Source: Ptychomitrium polyphyllum (lineage: Eukaryota). Taken from it: a stretch of 64,000 nt of DNA. The notes under the pieces were generated by a model. The model made no database searches, was not told where the DNA came from, and was given only the letters and a program-made list of their open reading frames with translations. Made by a program: the position numbers and the translations under genes. Below are positions 1 through 14,501 of the stretch, piece after piece. The DNA is taken from positions 5,394,001 to 5,458,000 of the forward strand of contig OZ316775.1 in the NCBI GenBank assembly GCA_973851085.1. Direction: 5' to 3'. Each line of letters opens with the position of its first letter. Within the stretch, counting starts at the first letter, position 1.

Positions 1-194
1 ACCACTAAAAAAGTTCGCACCAAAAAAGACTGCACTCCGGTCTTTGCAATACCAGATTCAGATTTACATACAAAATTACAAGTTTTACAATTTTAAGATG
101 AATTAATGCAGTTACGTACGATACTGTATACATGTACAACTACAAATAACTAGCTCTGCAGCAAATAGTGGAAGAAATAGAGACCATTTCTCAC

Positions 195-2321
195 CCTAAA
201 GATTGGAGACCGCCAATAAACTCCTGCTTTGAGAACTCGCACATAGTGGCAGCTTTCATATGCCAAGAGATGACAAGCTGCGAGTAATTAAGAGTTATAG
301 TTAAACATCTGTCAGTTACTGAAACAAGGACCAAAAATACTGAAGCAGGCATTACTGACGGATGAGCTGTAAAGACTAGTTATATTTTAATCAACACAAG
401 TATTTGCAACGTTTCCAACGCTTTGGCAAGCTCAATATTTGGTAACTGAGACCCAAGAAGATGCTTACCATTACGACATCTCCAGGGTCTACCTGCATGC
501 CATGGAATGCAGAGATCAAAAGACTCGTCGATATTTAGTATAATATGTAGGCATGAAAACAGGTACAATGATCAGGGTTGCCTAATTTGGCTTCCCAACC
601 TCAAACTAATACCAAGTAGTACTCCCTCAAAATCCACACTCAGAAACTTCAAATTTGGTGGGAGCACATCTCTATGTACTCAACCAATATTTGGCTCCCA
701 AATCAACACTCGAAAGTGATTATATTGTTGAGAAGCAAGCTAAACTGTTTCATTCAGATTTTGGTTTACTTCACAAATTCATAAATAAATCCTTACCTGT
801 AAATCATCACAGAAGGCTGAAACCCCATCGACCATAATCATATCTGAATAGGCATCTGATCACATCAGAAAAAGAAAAAGAGAATATCCATCAGAAGAAA
901 GGGATGTCACGTCTGAAAAAAGGAGTAACAACAATCTCTCGAGCTTCTCATTATACCTTTGTATCTGAGATAAAACTCTTCGAGATATCGAGGGTCTGTG
1001 AGTGGCCTCGCAGGTGGCTGGTTGTAAAAAATTTCAAAAGCTCCTTCTAAATTCCAATCGCTGGCCTTCAAAGCTGTCAGGGCAGCTTTCTCGCTGCAGC
1101 AAAGAAAACCTTAGTAAGAACCATAATCGTATCTGACCACCACACAGTCATACGAGGGTAGAGCACCCAACGAACACAATATTGAAGCTTTTGAATCGTA
1201 TAAAAAACATCCAAGGCGCCAAAGAAGGACCAAGCAAGACGCTAAAGTGGTGATAGAAGTGTACTTTGCTCCAGCAATAGTCATGAACTGCTGGACCTTG
1301 TCCCGATGCCCCCTGCCAAGCTTGTTCTGCACATAAGCACAGACCCGCATAGAATCTAGTGAGCATCTGCACAGATAATTTAAACATTACAGATCGAGAT
1401 TCCAGCTCGCAATGAATTAGCCACTTCCGTAACCAGAGTCCTAGATCATACAGCATCAAAGAAAAGCTGGGAAGCAGTAGGGCTTCTGAAGCAGCTCTTC
1501 CATGTCCCAAATTAGCTTCTCAAGAACACCAGCGACATTCGAAGATTCCACTGGACTTGGCTTTTTTAGGTTAAAATAGTCCAACTATGGTGTCCTGATC
1601 ACCGGTCACAATTGAGCCACTAAAATTCTTGCATATCAAATTTGGTGCACTCCCCGTCTTGAAACCAAACTTATCTCGTTTCCAAACCTACACGGTACAA
1701 TGAAGAAAACTTGACAATGCATCTGTTCTTGATATGCTGGCAACGGCACCCAATCAAGTAATCCACCAGAAAATCCATCAGAAATATCCGTGTCCACGGA
1801 CATACTCAAACTGTGAGCGCACCATTGCGAAACCACATGCAAAAAATTAGGTCGCAAACAAACAGATACCCATCACAGTCTTCACACCCTACCAAGCCCC
1901 TGCCACACACTCTCACGGCCCAGTTCCATCCACTGACAAATAACTTACCAATCTCTACTCTCCACAGTAAAACTCTCACAATCACCCAACCGCCACGGAT
2001 CTGAAAGGGGGCTTCTGTCACTCGCCCATTCAACCCGATCATCCCCATCACAAATCAAACGCAATCAAACTCTCACGACAATAACCAACCCCCTCCCCAA
2101 TGCAGCGAAACAGGAAAAAAGTTCAAAAATCCAACCCAACCTCCTCCCGCCAAATAATTACACCCCAAACCACCAATCAACTCCAAACCCACCCCAGCGA
2201 CAACCAAAAGACCACAACCCCGCGCCCACCCCACGCCCCCCCCAAGATTCAATCAACACACAATGCGCTGAAAGAGGTTCAAAACAGGGTACGTAAGCAT
2301 AAAAGTAAATGTATGTACCAT
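195..2321 (-). CDS. DCN1: DCN1-like (defective in cullin neddylation 1) protein, 5' part; gene continues beyond the window start. Exons (minus): 2321-2319 (ATG only), 1326-1265, 1093-957, 855-797, 492-469, 277-195
   Basis: Manual splicing with GT-AG junctions in consistent phase gives MNKLGRGHRDKVQQFMTIAGANEKAALTALKASDWNLEGAFEIFYNQPPARPLTDPRYLEEFYLRYKDAYSDMIMVDGVSAFCDDLQVDPGDVVMLVISWHMKAATMCEFSKQEFIGGLQSLG. This is the UBA-like N-terminus plus the start of the PONY domain typical of plant DCN1. Start context accaccATG|gt. Confidence 0.9.
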
Positions 2322-2708
2322 GGTGGTCGCGGTGGGGGGCCGAGTTCAGAACTCAAAAAGGCTGTGCACAGCAACACCACACTCACAGCATAATAGGATC
2401 CTCCTTGGCGCACCCAACGTGTGCAACCCTAATCAAACTCTCTGGGAAGCCGGCCAGCGATGGAGAAACGGGCCAAGCGCCACCAAACCACCAAACCACC
2501 AAACCAGGAACCCACTGGGGAGTGCGAGTGCGAGTGCGCATTAACAACGCTCGCCCACTCCTGCGAGTTCCCAGCGCCCCTTTGCACCCTTTGCACTCCC
2601 CCTCCTCCTTGGTGCGGTGAAGTGCTGTGCTTTGCCGTGCCACACAACGCTTTGTGTTCTGCAGCAGCTCGCCGCTAGAAGCACACCAACTCAGCCTGCA
2701 AAACCTTA

Positions 2709-2748
2709 CTCTTCCTCGTCCTCTTCCTCTTCCTCTCCCTCTTCCTCT
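2709..2748. repeat. Imperfect (TCT/TCC)n pyrimidine microsatellite upstream of DCN1
   Basis: cttcttcctcgtcctcttcctcttcctctccctcttcctct. Confidence 0.75.
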
Positions 2749-5700
2749 CAGCCTGTGCACACCTCTTTCATGCCTTGCCTTCCAGTTCTTCCTGTGACTC
2801 ACATTTGGTGTTTAAGTCGCATGAACGCTCACCCCCGGGAGATGCGATGCCTCCTAGGTGTAAGTTTAGACCCACTAGTATGCACCCACTAGTATGGACC
2901 CACAAGTAAAGACCACAAGTAAAGAAGGGACAATGTGAATTTCCTCTTGGTGTTGCTCCATTGGTTGCTATGAAAGAACGTCATCTTTATCAAGAAGACT
3001 TATTGACTTGTTGGCCATCGTAGCCCCAATGTGCCCACCCCCGTATAACATTATTTCTCATTATTTCTTAAGAAAATTATCTAATAGATAAGTGTGGTCT
3101 TTCTTGCTTTGGACAACTATTGTTCATACACTCTTTTATTTCAAAGTGCACACTATGTAAGCTACCTATTGTATTTGTGAAAAATTGAATCTTTGCCACC
3201 AATATGGTTGTATTTAGTGCATCTATACTAAAAGTTTAATTTAATTGAGTGGCTATTGTTGGAATCACTTGCATTGTCACTTCTCAAATTTCTAATATGG
3301 TTGCTTGTCTTTAAACCACCAATTTAAGAAATTACAACTATTGTTGGTGGAATTGTTTTGGAAAAAATACATAGTAATAGGAAAGAAGACTTTATGATGA
3401 ATATAAATGTTTCACAATTTTATTCCAAAAATTGGAATTACAAAAAAAATTCAATGGAAAAAGTACTTTGAGATTTAAAACCATGACATAACTTTCTTAT
3501 ATATTCATATGGTATTCTACAAGTTTCCACCTATGTTGACATCTATAATTATAAGCATGAGTTTTTAAAAACCATGTTTGGTGATTATGAAAAGTTACTA
3601 ATTAGAAATTAAGAAATATATGGAAGTGGTTTCAAAACCATACATTGCAAGTTTTAAAATTGCATGCACAAAATGTTAATGTTGTTGTTGTAGCTCTACA
3701 AAATCAAAGCATGAACCACGTCTATGAAGTATGTCCTATGCAACCTATACTCCTTTCTAACTTGGATTTAGCAATAATAATAAAAGCACTTAACTCCTAT
3801 TCTCACAATCCTTGTCTTCCATCTTTACCTTTTGCTTTTTTTGATACATATAATGAGTTTTTTTGGTTTGAAATTAGTGGTCTTTCACACATCAAAACAT
3901 ATTATAATAAAGGCAATACAAAGTTTTGGCAGACATCAAACTGGACAAAAGAAGGGAGAATAGAGGCTATAGAAGAAGTAGATTTGGCCTAAAATATAAA
4001 GTATATGTATTAATAAGACAAGTATTGAGAATGTGAGGATTGCAAATGAAATTGTTGTTAAAAGAAAGAAAATTCATTTCCACAAGATTTTCTTCATTAG
4101 CATTCTTTGGCTCTCATTGTGGCTCTTATCAAAAAAACATCATGGATCTACGCAGTTTAATGGACATTTATTATAGCTTTTTAAAACTTTCTTATAAAAA
4201 CTCTTGAATACATACAACCTTCAACCTAATTGTTTCTAGATACTCTATACCTTAAAAGGTTTCTACTACAATTTTCTCTGCAATCTTTTTTTCTTTTTAA
4301 AACAAGAGCTTCTAAAACTTTGCATTCTTCCTTGCGCATATTTTTCCTGCTCAATAGTTTTTTGTTTTCATATTTTTTCTTTGTTTTGTTTCAATCTTTT
4401 TTTTTTCCTTTTCACTTCTTTCTTTGAGTTTTTCAAGCCCTCTGCAATTAACATAAATTCTTCAAATGTCAATACAAAAGACTTTGCAAAATCAACAATG
4501 GGCTTCCATGGCTTTGTATTCACATTAGTAATGACCATTGACAATTATATGGAATTAGAATGTTAACTTTGGAATCCATACTTCCATATCTTCTTATGTT
4601 TACAAGCTAGAATTCTTGTATACACCAAAGAATTGTTTTTTGGCTGCATTTTTGTTCAAATTTTGCTTAAACGTTTATTTAATAAGAGTAATCAAAGCTG
4701 CTATTACAATCTTATTTTAGTATTGTTTTTGAATCTTTGCTTCTTGTTCTTGGTTTTAAACATAAATCTTTATTGTAAATAGATAAGTGTCCATAGCATA
4801 TGTATTTTGCTAAAAAATACTTATAACTTTAAATCCATTGAAAATATTTTGTAGTAGTAATGTTTCTTATAGTAAAAAAAAAATCCAGTACTACAAAGAC
4901 TCTTTTATTATTGGCTAGTCCAAGTTTCTTAACATCTAAAAGGATATGTATTATCAAAAATATCCTTTAAATGACCTATATAAAAAAAACCCTAGAAATT
5001 GGAATGTGTGTAAGATATAAGATAATAAATTAAATAAATCTAAATCCAAGTTATTAGGTGCATAAACCAATTTTAATGTAAGATGGCTACTTCGACCTTT
5101 TAAATCAATATGTGTCATTATTTTATTAAACTTTCATCAATTTTTTTCTTTAATGTAATAAAATATTAAATCCAAGTGTTAAAATGGCACTACATCATTT
5201 GTACACTTTATTGCTTTACTATTAAATGCTTATTGATTTTATATTTTTATATAAATGATGACATGAAAGAATGGAATTGTAGCACATTACTTGCCAAAGC
5301 GTGGAATTCATCACACTTTTAAATGCGCTTGGATGGATAATGGTGTAAATTATATAAGTGTTTTAAATGTTGTAATATATTTGTATGTTTTGCAAATACA
5401 AAGCTTTAGTACTTATGCTTTTAAATTTTTTGAAATTTGAAATGTTAATTTAAAGTGGTAGCATTCAAACCATTGTATCCATCTGCTATTTAGAATTCCA
5501 TCTCAAAATGGTGTCTGTTTCTCTTTAATAATAATATACACTTTCATTTAAAAAGAAATAGAGAAGATGTTATGAATAATATAATAATAAGACAAGGTTT
5601 AAGGACTTCAAGATATAGAATAAGGTATTTTTAAGGTACATTAGAAATAAAGAGCTATAATAAGGTATAGAGATACAATTAAGAGGTCTGAGCTAAAACA

Positions 5701-7079
5701 CAAAAGACGCATTGTCAAAAGTGAAGATCTCTTTAGCCTTGGCTCTTATTGCTAGAACTACAAGCTATTAATGCTTTTTAAAAAGCTTCCAACACAATTG
5801 TTCTATACTTAAAGAACCTTAGGTTGCTTCACTATAACATTTTTTAACGAAGGTGACTTCCTTAAAAATATCCTTAGCTTAGTTAAACCTTCGAAAAACC
5901 ATTTTAAAAGCTTCTAATATATATACTATGATATCATTCCATCTTTTAGCTTCAAGAACTTCAAGGATTATGTTGCAACAAGTGTTCAGAGCCATAGAAA
6001 ATCAAAAATTTGTTGCATGAAATTTATAATGTATTCTAAATGCCTTTTACAATTTAAATGATTTATGGATTTTTATAACTATTGGTAGTGACCAACATCT
6101 TCCACTTGAAACCACGCATGAATTTTTGTATCTTTGTTATGAAAACGTCTTTCAAAGACTACTTTTAGATAATCTTCATAAGTAGGCTTTACTTTAAAGA
6201 CGACCACCATCAACCTATTATTAGATATATCCTTTGATATTTTCTTGGTCCAATCTATTCTCTATCTCAAGGTTGTCAACGTAAACCACTTAGTTGGAAG
6301 GGTACAAATGGCATGGTATTTGCATCTTGATTGTTTAAATTTAATATACTAAAATAATTTCAAGGAACTATGATAAACTCAAAATACAAAGGACTAAATT
6401 GTATATCATATATGGAGCCTAGAAACTTATGTTGTAGCAATTGCTTTCTTCCTTGCTTTAAGAGTCCAAGAATCAAGAGTCTTTAAGATTATGCAACATT
6501 ACCAAGCCATTATTCCACGTGTTGCTACTTTTTATTTAAATGAATAATATTTGTAGATCTTAAAATTTTTTACTGGCAAATTGGCAAGATAGTTAGCTAG
6601 CTCTTATGTGCATTCACTAATATTATATCCATGCCAATAAACCAACCTTTTTCACATTTAAATTTTAAATTTATGATGATAATCCATTTTTATCATAAAG
6701 AAGTGGTAGTTGCTTTGTCTAGGAGTATGTGAGATAAAATAATCCATTATAATTGACAACTTGTGAAATCCACACAAAATCAATTAAATAATTTTTTAAA
6801 TTTGATTTGGAAGTATTTGCGTTTGTATCATTGGCCCAACTATATAATTATTCCTTTCCATTCAAATTAGAATATTTGAATTGACTTTTTGCCAACCCAA
6901 TCCTAAGTTCATCCATTATTTTATTTTCATCCATCACTTAAATTCATTCATTTAGCTCTTCTCCATGTCTATAAACCATCCATCAAAGGAAACAATGTCA
7001 AATACTTTTTAAATAATTTTCAATGTTCTATTTCAACTTCAAATAATCATAACTAATTCATTAAAGCACAAATCTGAGC

Positions 7080-7293
7080 GAGCCACATATACTTAAGAAA
7101 CTAAAGTCTTAAACTACCAAAATAAAATATTAGCCTAAAAATTCAAGAAGTTCAAAAGCCCTAATCTAGCCTCACAGCTCCAATTGGAGCCACATATACT
7201 TAAGAAGCTAAAGTCTTAAACTAGCAAAATAAAATATTAGCCTAAAGATCCAAGAAGTTCAATAGCCCTAATTTAGCCTCACAGCTCCAATTG
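7080..7293. repeat. Tandem duplication, 2 x 107 bp
   Basis: gagccacatatacttaagaa...cacagctccaattg starts at 7080 and again at 7187, with few mismatches. Confidence 0.9.
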
Positions 7294-9706
7294 GTCAAAC
7301 GGCTATAAACAAACTCAACAATGTACTCTAACTTCAAAAATCATAACCATGTCATTTGAGCATGGATTTGAGCATGCAACATATCTCTATAGAAAACTAA
7401 GATTGTGGTCTAAAAAAAAAACATGTCAAATCAAGATTTGAAACAATTTCAAAGGCTTGATTTTGATTTGCCATAGAGATTAGGTTATAATCGTTAAATA
7501 CATAAGACATAAGAAGTAGGCATGAAGTGATTCCTAAGAATTAGCTTCCAAAGAGCTATACAAAACTAATACAAGGGCATGATACAAAATAATCTACAAT
7601 TTGTATAAATACGATTAAAGTATACCTTCTCTTGCTTCCTATTCAGATTATGAGGCTTTTATTTCCAAAGATAACTATAAGAAAGTTTTCTATGAAGCTT
7701 AAGAATGTTTTAGAAGTCTATAGAACCTTTTTAAGAAGATTTTCAAAAAGTCAAAAGCCTCTTAAGAAGGTTTTCAAGGGATGGAATATTTTAGAGAAGT
7801 TTCTCAATGATTGACATGCCTATGGAAGCATTAAAAGAATTCCAAGATGCTACTATAATGTACCAAAAGGTCCTAGAAGATTCTAAAGATTATATTGCAT
7901 AATCTATGTCCGTGATATCACTTCCTCTTTAAATAACAAGTTCCACAAGGAATTCTTATTATGGCTTGCTTGTCATATTTTTACAAATTGCAAAACAACA
8001 CTAACAAAGAAAAGCACCATATTTTGCTTGCTGTTTTTTAACACTTGGTTCACCTAGCTCTTACAAGAAGCAACAATAACCACAAATTAAATCTTTTATT
8101 CTTGAACTATCCTAACCCATGATTTAATCTTGACGTAGGAATGTCCCTCTCATATCTTGGCTTAGATCCTTTGTTAGTAAAGGTTGAAAAAGTTGAATTG
8201 GCTCAACAGATGCTGTTATCGATGAAGGCATGGCCGACTACTCTTCACACATATCTATGATAACAGGAAGATTTGACATACTAGCTAGGATCTAAAGATG
8301 ATCTATCTTGGAAATAATGCTGCATACAATTGGAGATTTGGATATCTCTCCTTCCTTCTTATACTTGTCTATGAAGGAAAAACTTCTTTGTGAAGCTAAC
8401 GGCTATTGATGACACATCATCACTGACCTGGTTTTTGAGGATACCTTTGATGAAATTTGCATAGTTTCTCAGATGCATTTGTTACGTTCATTGAAGGTTT
8501 CCATGTTCACTCATTGATACCATACCCTTGCCAATGTATAAGGTACTCCACACATCCGTTCTTGATGCGTGAATCTAAGATCTCTTCCACTTCATATTCA
8601 GTTTCATTATTGATTTCCAACGGAAAAGGCAGAGGGACAATTCTCTCTAGTATACACAATTTGTTATAGGTTTCCAACAACAATACGTGGAATACTGGAT
8701 GAATTTGCATGCTTGGCGGTAGCTTTAGGCGATAACTAACCGGATTTGTCTGTTTGCTGATTTCAAACGATCCCAGCCTTTGATAGTCCAACTCCTTTGA
8801 TGGTCTTTTTGTTTATATATTTTGTCGTAAGAGCCATACGCTATCTCCAACCTTGAACTTTGGATGGTTCTTCCGATGGCGTTTTGCATAAGTTTTGTAA
8901 CGATCTTGAGCTAGTTGTAACTGAAAAGCAATTTCTTGATGGATTTTAGCAAGTTGAGTTGCAAAATCCTTTGCTGCAGGACTTCCAACATACTTCACTT
9001 GAAATGGATCTACTAGAGGATGATGGCCATAGCTTGCAAAGAATAGACTTTGAGTTGTTGAAGAATGCATCGTATTGTTGTAAGCAAACTCTGCCAAAGG
9101 CAAGAGGTCCATCCAATTGTATTGCTGGTAGTTTATGCTATAACAAAGGTACTGCTTCAAAATTTGATTTATACGTTTGGTTTGACCATCAGTTTGTGGA
9201 TGGTGTATTGAAGAAAGGTTGATTTTTACACACAACAGCTGGAATAGAGCCTTTCAAAAGTTGGAAATGAACTGCGGCCCTCGATCGGATACAATATCAT
9301 TTGGTAGTCCATGTATGCGGTAGACGTGATTTAAGAACAATTTGGCAGTTTCTTCTCCCATTACCGTCTTGTAGTATGGAATGAAATGTGCCATTTTGAT
9401 AAATTGATCCACCACTACCAAAATAGAATCCTTAGAATCGGAGTTTAGAAGGTCCGAGATAAAATCCATTGACAAAGACAACCATGGACTTTTTGGCACT
9501 GAAAGCGGATGGAGGAGACCATGAGGTTGGTGTCTTGGTACTTTGGCCCTTGCACAAGTGTCGCATGATTGAACAAAGTCCTTTACATACTTCAACATTT
9601 GTAGCCACCAATAGTCTCTAGCAATCAATTCCATTGTTTTATTGAATTCAAAATGTCTTACTGCTAGAAAATTATGACGTGCTTGAAGGATCTTCAACCG
9701 CAAAGG

Positions 9707-11285
9707 CTTTGAGCTATAGAATCAGCTCATTATAGATTTTTTCTTAAAAAAACGACAAAATTTAACATTGTAGAAGAGATTAGGTCTAATTAGGACAAAA
9801 GAAGTTGGATTATAGTTGTTATCAAGGGAATTAAAGGGCAAGTAGGCAGATGCTCATGGTCCATAGCACTTAAGGCCAATGCAAGAATGGAACTATAAAA
9901 GAAAAGATGAATTCTACAACTTGGATACAGTTGCTGTTGATTTTAGAATTGCAGCTAAATTTAGAATGATAGGAAAAATCTACAACTGCTGCTGATTTTA
10001 GAACAACAGCTAAATTTAGAAAAGAAGCTACATTTAGAGAAAAATCAAAGTATGAATTATGGTCAAGTACCCTAGAAATTTCAGCAACTAATGAAAAAAT
10101 GGAGTAGAGAAGTGAGGTTCCCTATAAAAAGGGGGAGAAGGCAAGCAAAGCCATACTTAGGTTTTCTTTAACAAACAAGAGTTAGTTTGGAGCACACCAC
10201 TTAGTCTTTTGAGCAAAAAATAGTTAAACTTAGGGTTAAATTTTGGAGTACTTAGACCATTAGTTTGACACAACTAATTTTTAGCAAATACCAGTTAGTT
10301 ATGAGCAAGAGAAGTTAGTATTGGAGCATGAAAGGCAACAACTAGGGTTCGGATTTTGGGCCGTCAATCCCTCATTGTACAAGTGTAGAAGCATTGATTT
10401 AAGTGGTTTCTAGAAAAGATTACAGGCTTTTCAACAAGCTAAAGCATGCTTGAGTTGGAGCTATAACAAGGAAGAAACAAGCAATTTAGTGGAGGGTGCT
10501 TTGGAGGTTACTACAGCAAATAGGGTTCGGATTTTGGGCCGCCAGTCTTTCATTGTGCAAGTGTAGAACCTATAATTTGCAAAGTTTGTAGAAGAGATTA
10601 TAGGCTTTTCAACAAGCCAAAAAATGTTCAATTTGAAGAAGTATGGAAGAAATGGCGGCCAATTTGGTAGTGGGGGTTTGCTGCCCTCCTTTCAATTTAG
10701 AGGACCAACTTTGAAGGACGGTTCCGAGCGAACTACAGCGAGCTTGAAGCTAAAATTTTTGTGGCTGTTAGCTCCTTAAGTTAGCTTTTCAAGGATTGCA
10801 AGCACGCAAGAATTGTGTTCAAGACAAAGAAACCACAACCTGTTTTGTGAAAGGGGGCCTGCTGCCTTGATTGGAGCATCCCCGGGTTGTTTTTCTTTCC
10901 TTTGTTTTTATTGCATTGACTTGTTCCTTGAGTGAACCCCTTCCTCATTTATTTTACCATAAAATTTAACTATAATTACTTCTATTTTTTATTATTTTTT
11001 CCTTTAGATGAATATTATGTCTTTTTACTTTTTTACTTTTATTTCTACCTCTATTTTTTATCTTTTAAACCTTAGATGATAAAAACCTTAATCTAAGTTC
11101 ATCCAAGTTGATCCATTAGGGTTAGGATTAGGGTTAGGTCAAAGTCAATTTTGGCTTCACATAATCTACAATACAAATTAGGCATATGAAATCTTATATA
11201 ACAACGCAAATCATAACATCACATGAAATTAGGAATGTGTGAATAAAGTGAGTCTTCAAACTAGTGGGAGCTTATTTTAGTTCCT
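9707..11285. mobile_element. 1579-bp non-coding insertion in B1 pol, flanked by AAAGG direct repeats (mirror copy 27295-28873)
   Basis: Uninterrupted B3 reads ccgcAAAGGgctcggagg (about 52610). Here AAAGG occurs at 9702-9706 and 11286-11290 around foreign sequence. Confidence 0.8.
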
Positions 11286-13357
11286 AAAGGGCTTGGAGGT
11301 AGGTACAAAAGTCCTTTATAATAAAATAGGCCTTCTTGGAATTCAAAGTCCTCATCACTATTTGAAGGATCTCCATTGTCTTTGAGGCGCTTCCTTATAT
11401 TTGAAACAAAGACATCATTCTTCAAAGCCTTCTAAATTTTGTCAAAATGAGATGTTGTAGTAATAATCGCCGCTTTCAATTGAAGATGCTCTGGCTTCAA
11501 TAAAATAGTATTTATTGATCCAAAACATCATCTCTAGGTTGAAAAGCTAAATAAGATCTTCGAAATAAGGCATTTGACTTACCTTATAGGCTACCAGGTC
11601 AATAAATAATGACAAAGTCAAATATGGAAAGCGACATACTCCACCTTGCTTGACGGCGATTCAAAATGCGCGCACTCATAAAATACTCCAAATTCTTGTG
11701 GCCTGTGTATATCGTGATGGTATGTTGAGTTATTTCCAACAAGTGTTGCCATTCCTCAAACGCATCCACAATTGCAAGTAGTTCTTTATCATGGATATCA
11801 TAATTGATCTCTGCCGCTGAAAACTTCCTTGAACAAAAGGCAAGAGGGTGAAATCTCCCGTCTTCATCATATTATGAGAGTATTGAGCCAAGCGCAAAAT
11901 CTGAGGCATCTGCTTCCAAATAGAAAGACTTTGATGGGTTTGGATGAATAAGGATTAGAGCTGATGTGAATGACTTTTTAAGACCTTAAAATGCTTTTTC
12001 CGCCTCTTCATTCCAAGTGAATTTTTACTTCCCCATAAGATGTGTAAATGGTGCCGCAATTTTGGAATAATCCTTGATGAATATAATGTAGAAGTTTGCT
12101 AATTCCAAAAAGTATTGAACATCTTAAATTGATCTTGGCGTACTCCACTTCAAAAAAGTACTTATTTTCTGTTCATCAATATGGATTCTTCTTTTGGAAA
12201 TAATGTAGCGTAAAAATTCAACCGGAAATTTATGGAAAAGGCATTTTTCTAATTTGGCATATAATCCTTGTTGGCGTAGTTTTTTTAGGATTAGTTGCAC
12301 ATGACATTTGTAGTCTTGTTCATCCTTTGAATATATCAAAATGTCATCCAAGTAGATGACTACAAAATTGTCCAAATGTTAATGAAAGATATCATTCATC
12401 ATGTATTGGAAGACTGCAGGGGCATTAGTAAGGCCAAAAGACATGACATTGTATTCAAAATGACCATACTTAGATCAAAAAGCTGTCTTCCATTCGTCTC
12501 CTTCTTTGATGTATACAAGATTGTAGGCTCCTCTAAGATTAATTTTGGTGAATATTTTTGCTTGGCCAAATTGTTGTAGGAGTCTTGAGATTAATGGTAA
12601 TGGATAGCGATTCTTTTTTGTTCCTTTATTGACGCCTCAATAGTCCAAGCACATACATAATGATCCATCTTTCTTCTTTACAAATAGAACGGATGCTCTA
12701 GCAAGTGATTTAGAATGTTGAATGAAATCTTTCCTAGGTTTTCATCAATATATTCTCTCAAGGCAATCAACTCGGTTTGTAATAAGTTATAAATACGTCC
12801 AAAAGGTGGTTGGGCTTCTTTTTGCAACTCAATGGTATAATCATAAGGCCGGTGCTTTGGTAATACGTCCGCATTCTTTTGTTAAAAAACGTCTTTATAA
12901 TCTTGATATTGACGAGGTATGTTTTTATTAGTCTCTACTATAGAGCTAGACATTGGTGTAGCATAAATGGCATAGATTGGTTCATCTTTCGCCGCTCTCA
13001 TGAATGCCTTAGCTCTAATAAATGATGGTCCAAGATTTCTCGTACCTTGACGTCTTTCCCTTGAGACCACACTCCGTGAGCGCCAATCAATGTCTGGATT
13101 ATATAATTCAAACCAAGGAAGGCCCAAGACAATAGGATTTGTTTGGCATTAAATGATGTTGAAGACAATTTTAGATGCCTGGTCCCCTAAAAAAACCTCC
13201 AAAGGTTGAGTTCCTTTAATAACGTTGCTAGATGCAAGAGATTGTCCATCAATAACTTCAACATGTGCGAGGTATTTTTTATTCACAAGTACCATGTGAT
13301 GTTTGGTTGCAAAATCCTTGTCCATGAAACATGCCATTGCATGAATGTCTAAAAGAG

Positions 13358-14501
13358 TGTCGCGCAACTCTCCTTGAGGAGTACCCGCAACACTAAGAGC
13401 ACAAGGAGGATTTCGGAGTGTTGTTTGGAACTTGTGGCGCCGATAGTGAAGGGAACCGAGTGGACCTAGTGTGGGAAGGACCCCGAGTGGCAGATATATC
13501 CTTGCCCATGTAAACCAAGGGCCACAATGGAGAAATCACAGGCATTGGATTGCTCACAAAGAGTTGATTCTAGAATGCTAAAGATTGCTCAAATCGGACA
13601 AGGGAGCTCAAAGATAGGGCATCCCAAAGTTGGAGTTGCCAAGGGGCTGTTCTGGACTGTGGCAGTCCTAGACAATGACCGTACTGGACTGGGACAATCC
13701 AGGTAGGGACTCCCCGGGAGTCCCGAACCTTGGGAGAGGAGTATCTCCCACAATACTAATTCAAATTGGACGTGTGAAGAATCTATCGGCATCTACGCAA
13801 AGAGTAATGACAATAGAGTGGTCGCTCGATTGATTTGGACACCAAACGTGAAAGATATGGCTCCCTAAAGGTCCGCAAGAAGTCCCGGAGCTTTCCAGCA
13901 GCTAAGTGCCAAGGGAGATCGGATGGTCTTCCAAAAGTTTGGGTGTGTCGGGGTTCAGCCAACTACAGAGGGCCAGGAGCCCTGCCAAATTCCACAAAGA
14001 GTACTATAGGGGAGGGCTGGTCCCCCTCCCTACTTCTCTAGTGTCCCAATAGGAACCAAAGGTGAGTCCCGGTTGGTGGAGCTAGTGTTGGGGCTTCACT
14101 ATGGGAACTCCCACACCATTGTGAGTCGGTGGATGACCGGTTTTACAAAGAGAACTAGTGAGATAACAAGTGCAAGCTTGTTACTACTACATTGGAGTGG
14201 TGTCTTCACGTCAGCGTCATGATGGCCCGGGGTGATCTTAGGATCACATGGAGATCATGAGTGGTGGTGAGGAGACACCACTAAGTGCAGTTAGGCTGTG
14301 TAAAATGGAAGTAACACCAAGTGAGGCCTTGGACATGAATGAAAGTCCGCACTTAATCATTGGCTACCAATCATTTGGATGTCCTAAGAGAAATAATACG
14401 AGGACTCGGAGAGTGAAAACGGGGGTTAATCAAGTGCATGTGGGGGTGTACAGGATTGCCGCCCGTGACGTTTGTTAAGGTACATTACAAGGGTTGCGAC
14501 A
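13358..14501 (+). mobile_element. Family A solo LTR inserted in the B1 protease
   Basis: TGTCGCGC...GTTGCGACA termini; perfect 5-bp TSD AAGAG at 13353-13357 and 14502-14506. Confidence 0.95.

Noticed and set aside
1571..1594. Possible poison exon in DCN1 intron 1 (cag|GAC...TAA in frame with the ATG)
   Set aside because: Weak polypyrimidine tract and no transcript evidence.
2100..2892. Several 70-140 aa ORFs near the DCN1 start, including the RGRGRG ORF
   Set aside because: By-products of a GC-rich promoter, 5'UTR and intron plus the microsatellite; no recognisable domain.
3000..7000. AT-rich region with hints of decayed transposon sequence
   Set aside because: I could not identify domains or termini confidently by eye.
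11116..11138. Interstitial telomere
   Set aside because: Only four imperfect TTAGGG-type units rather than a plant TTTAGGG array; too short to call.
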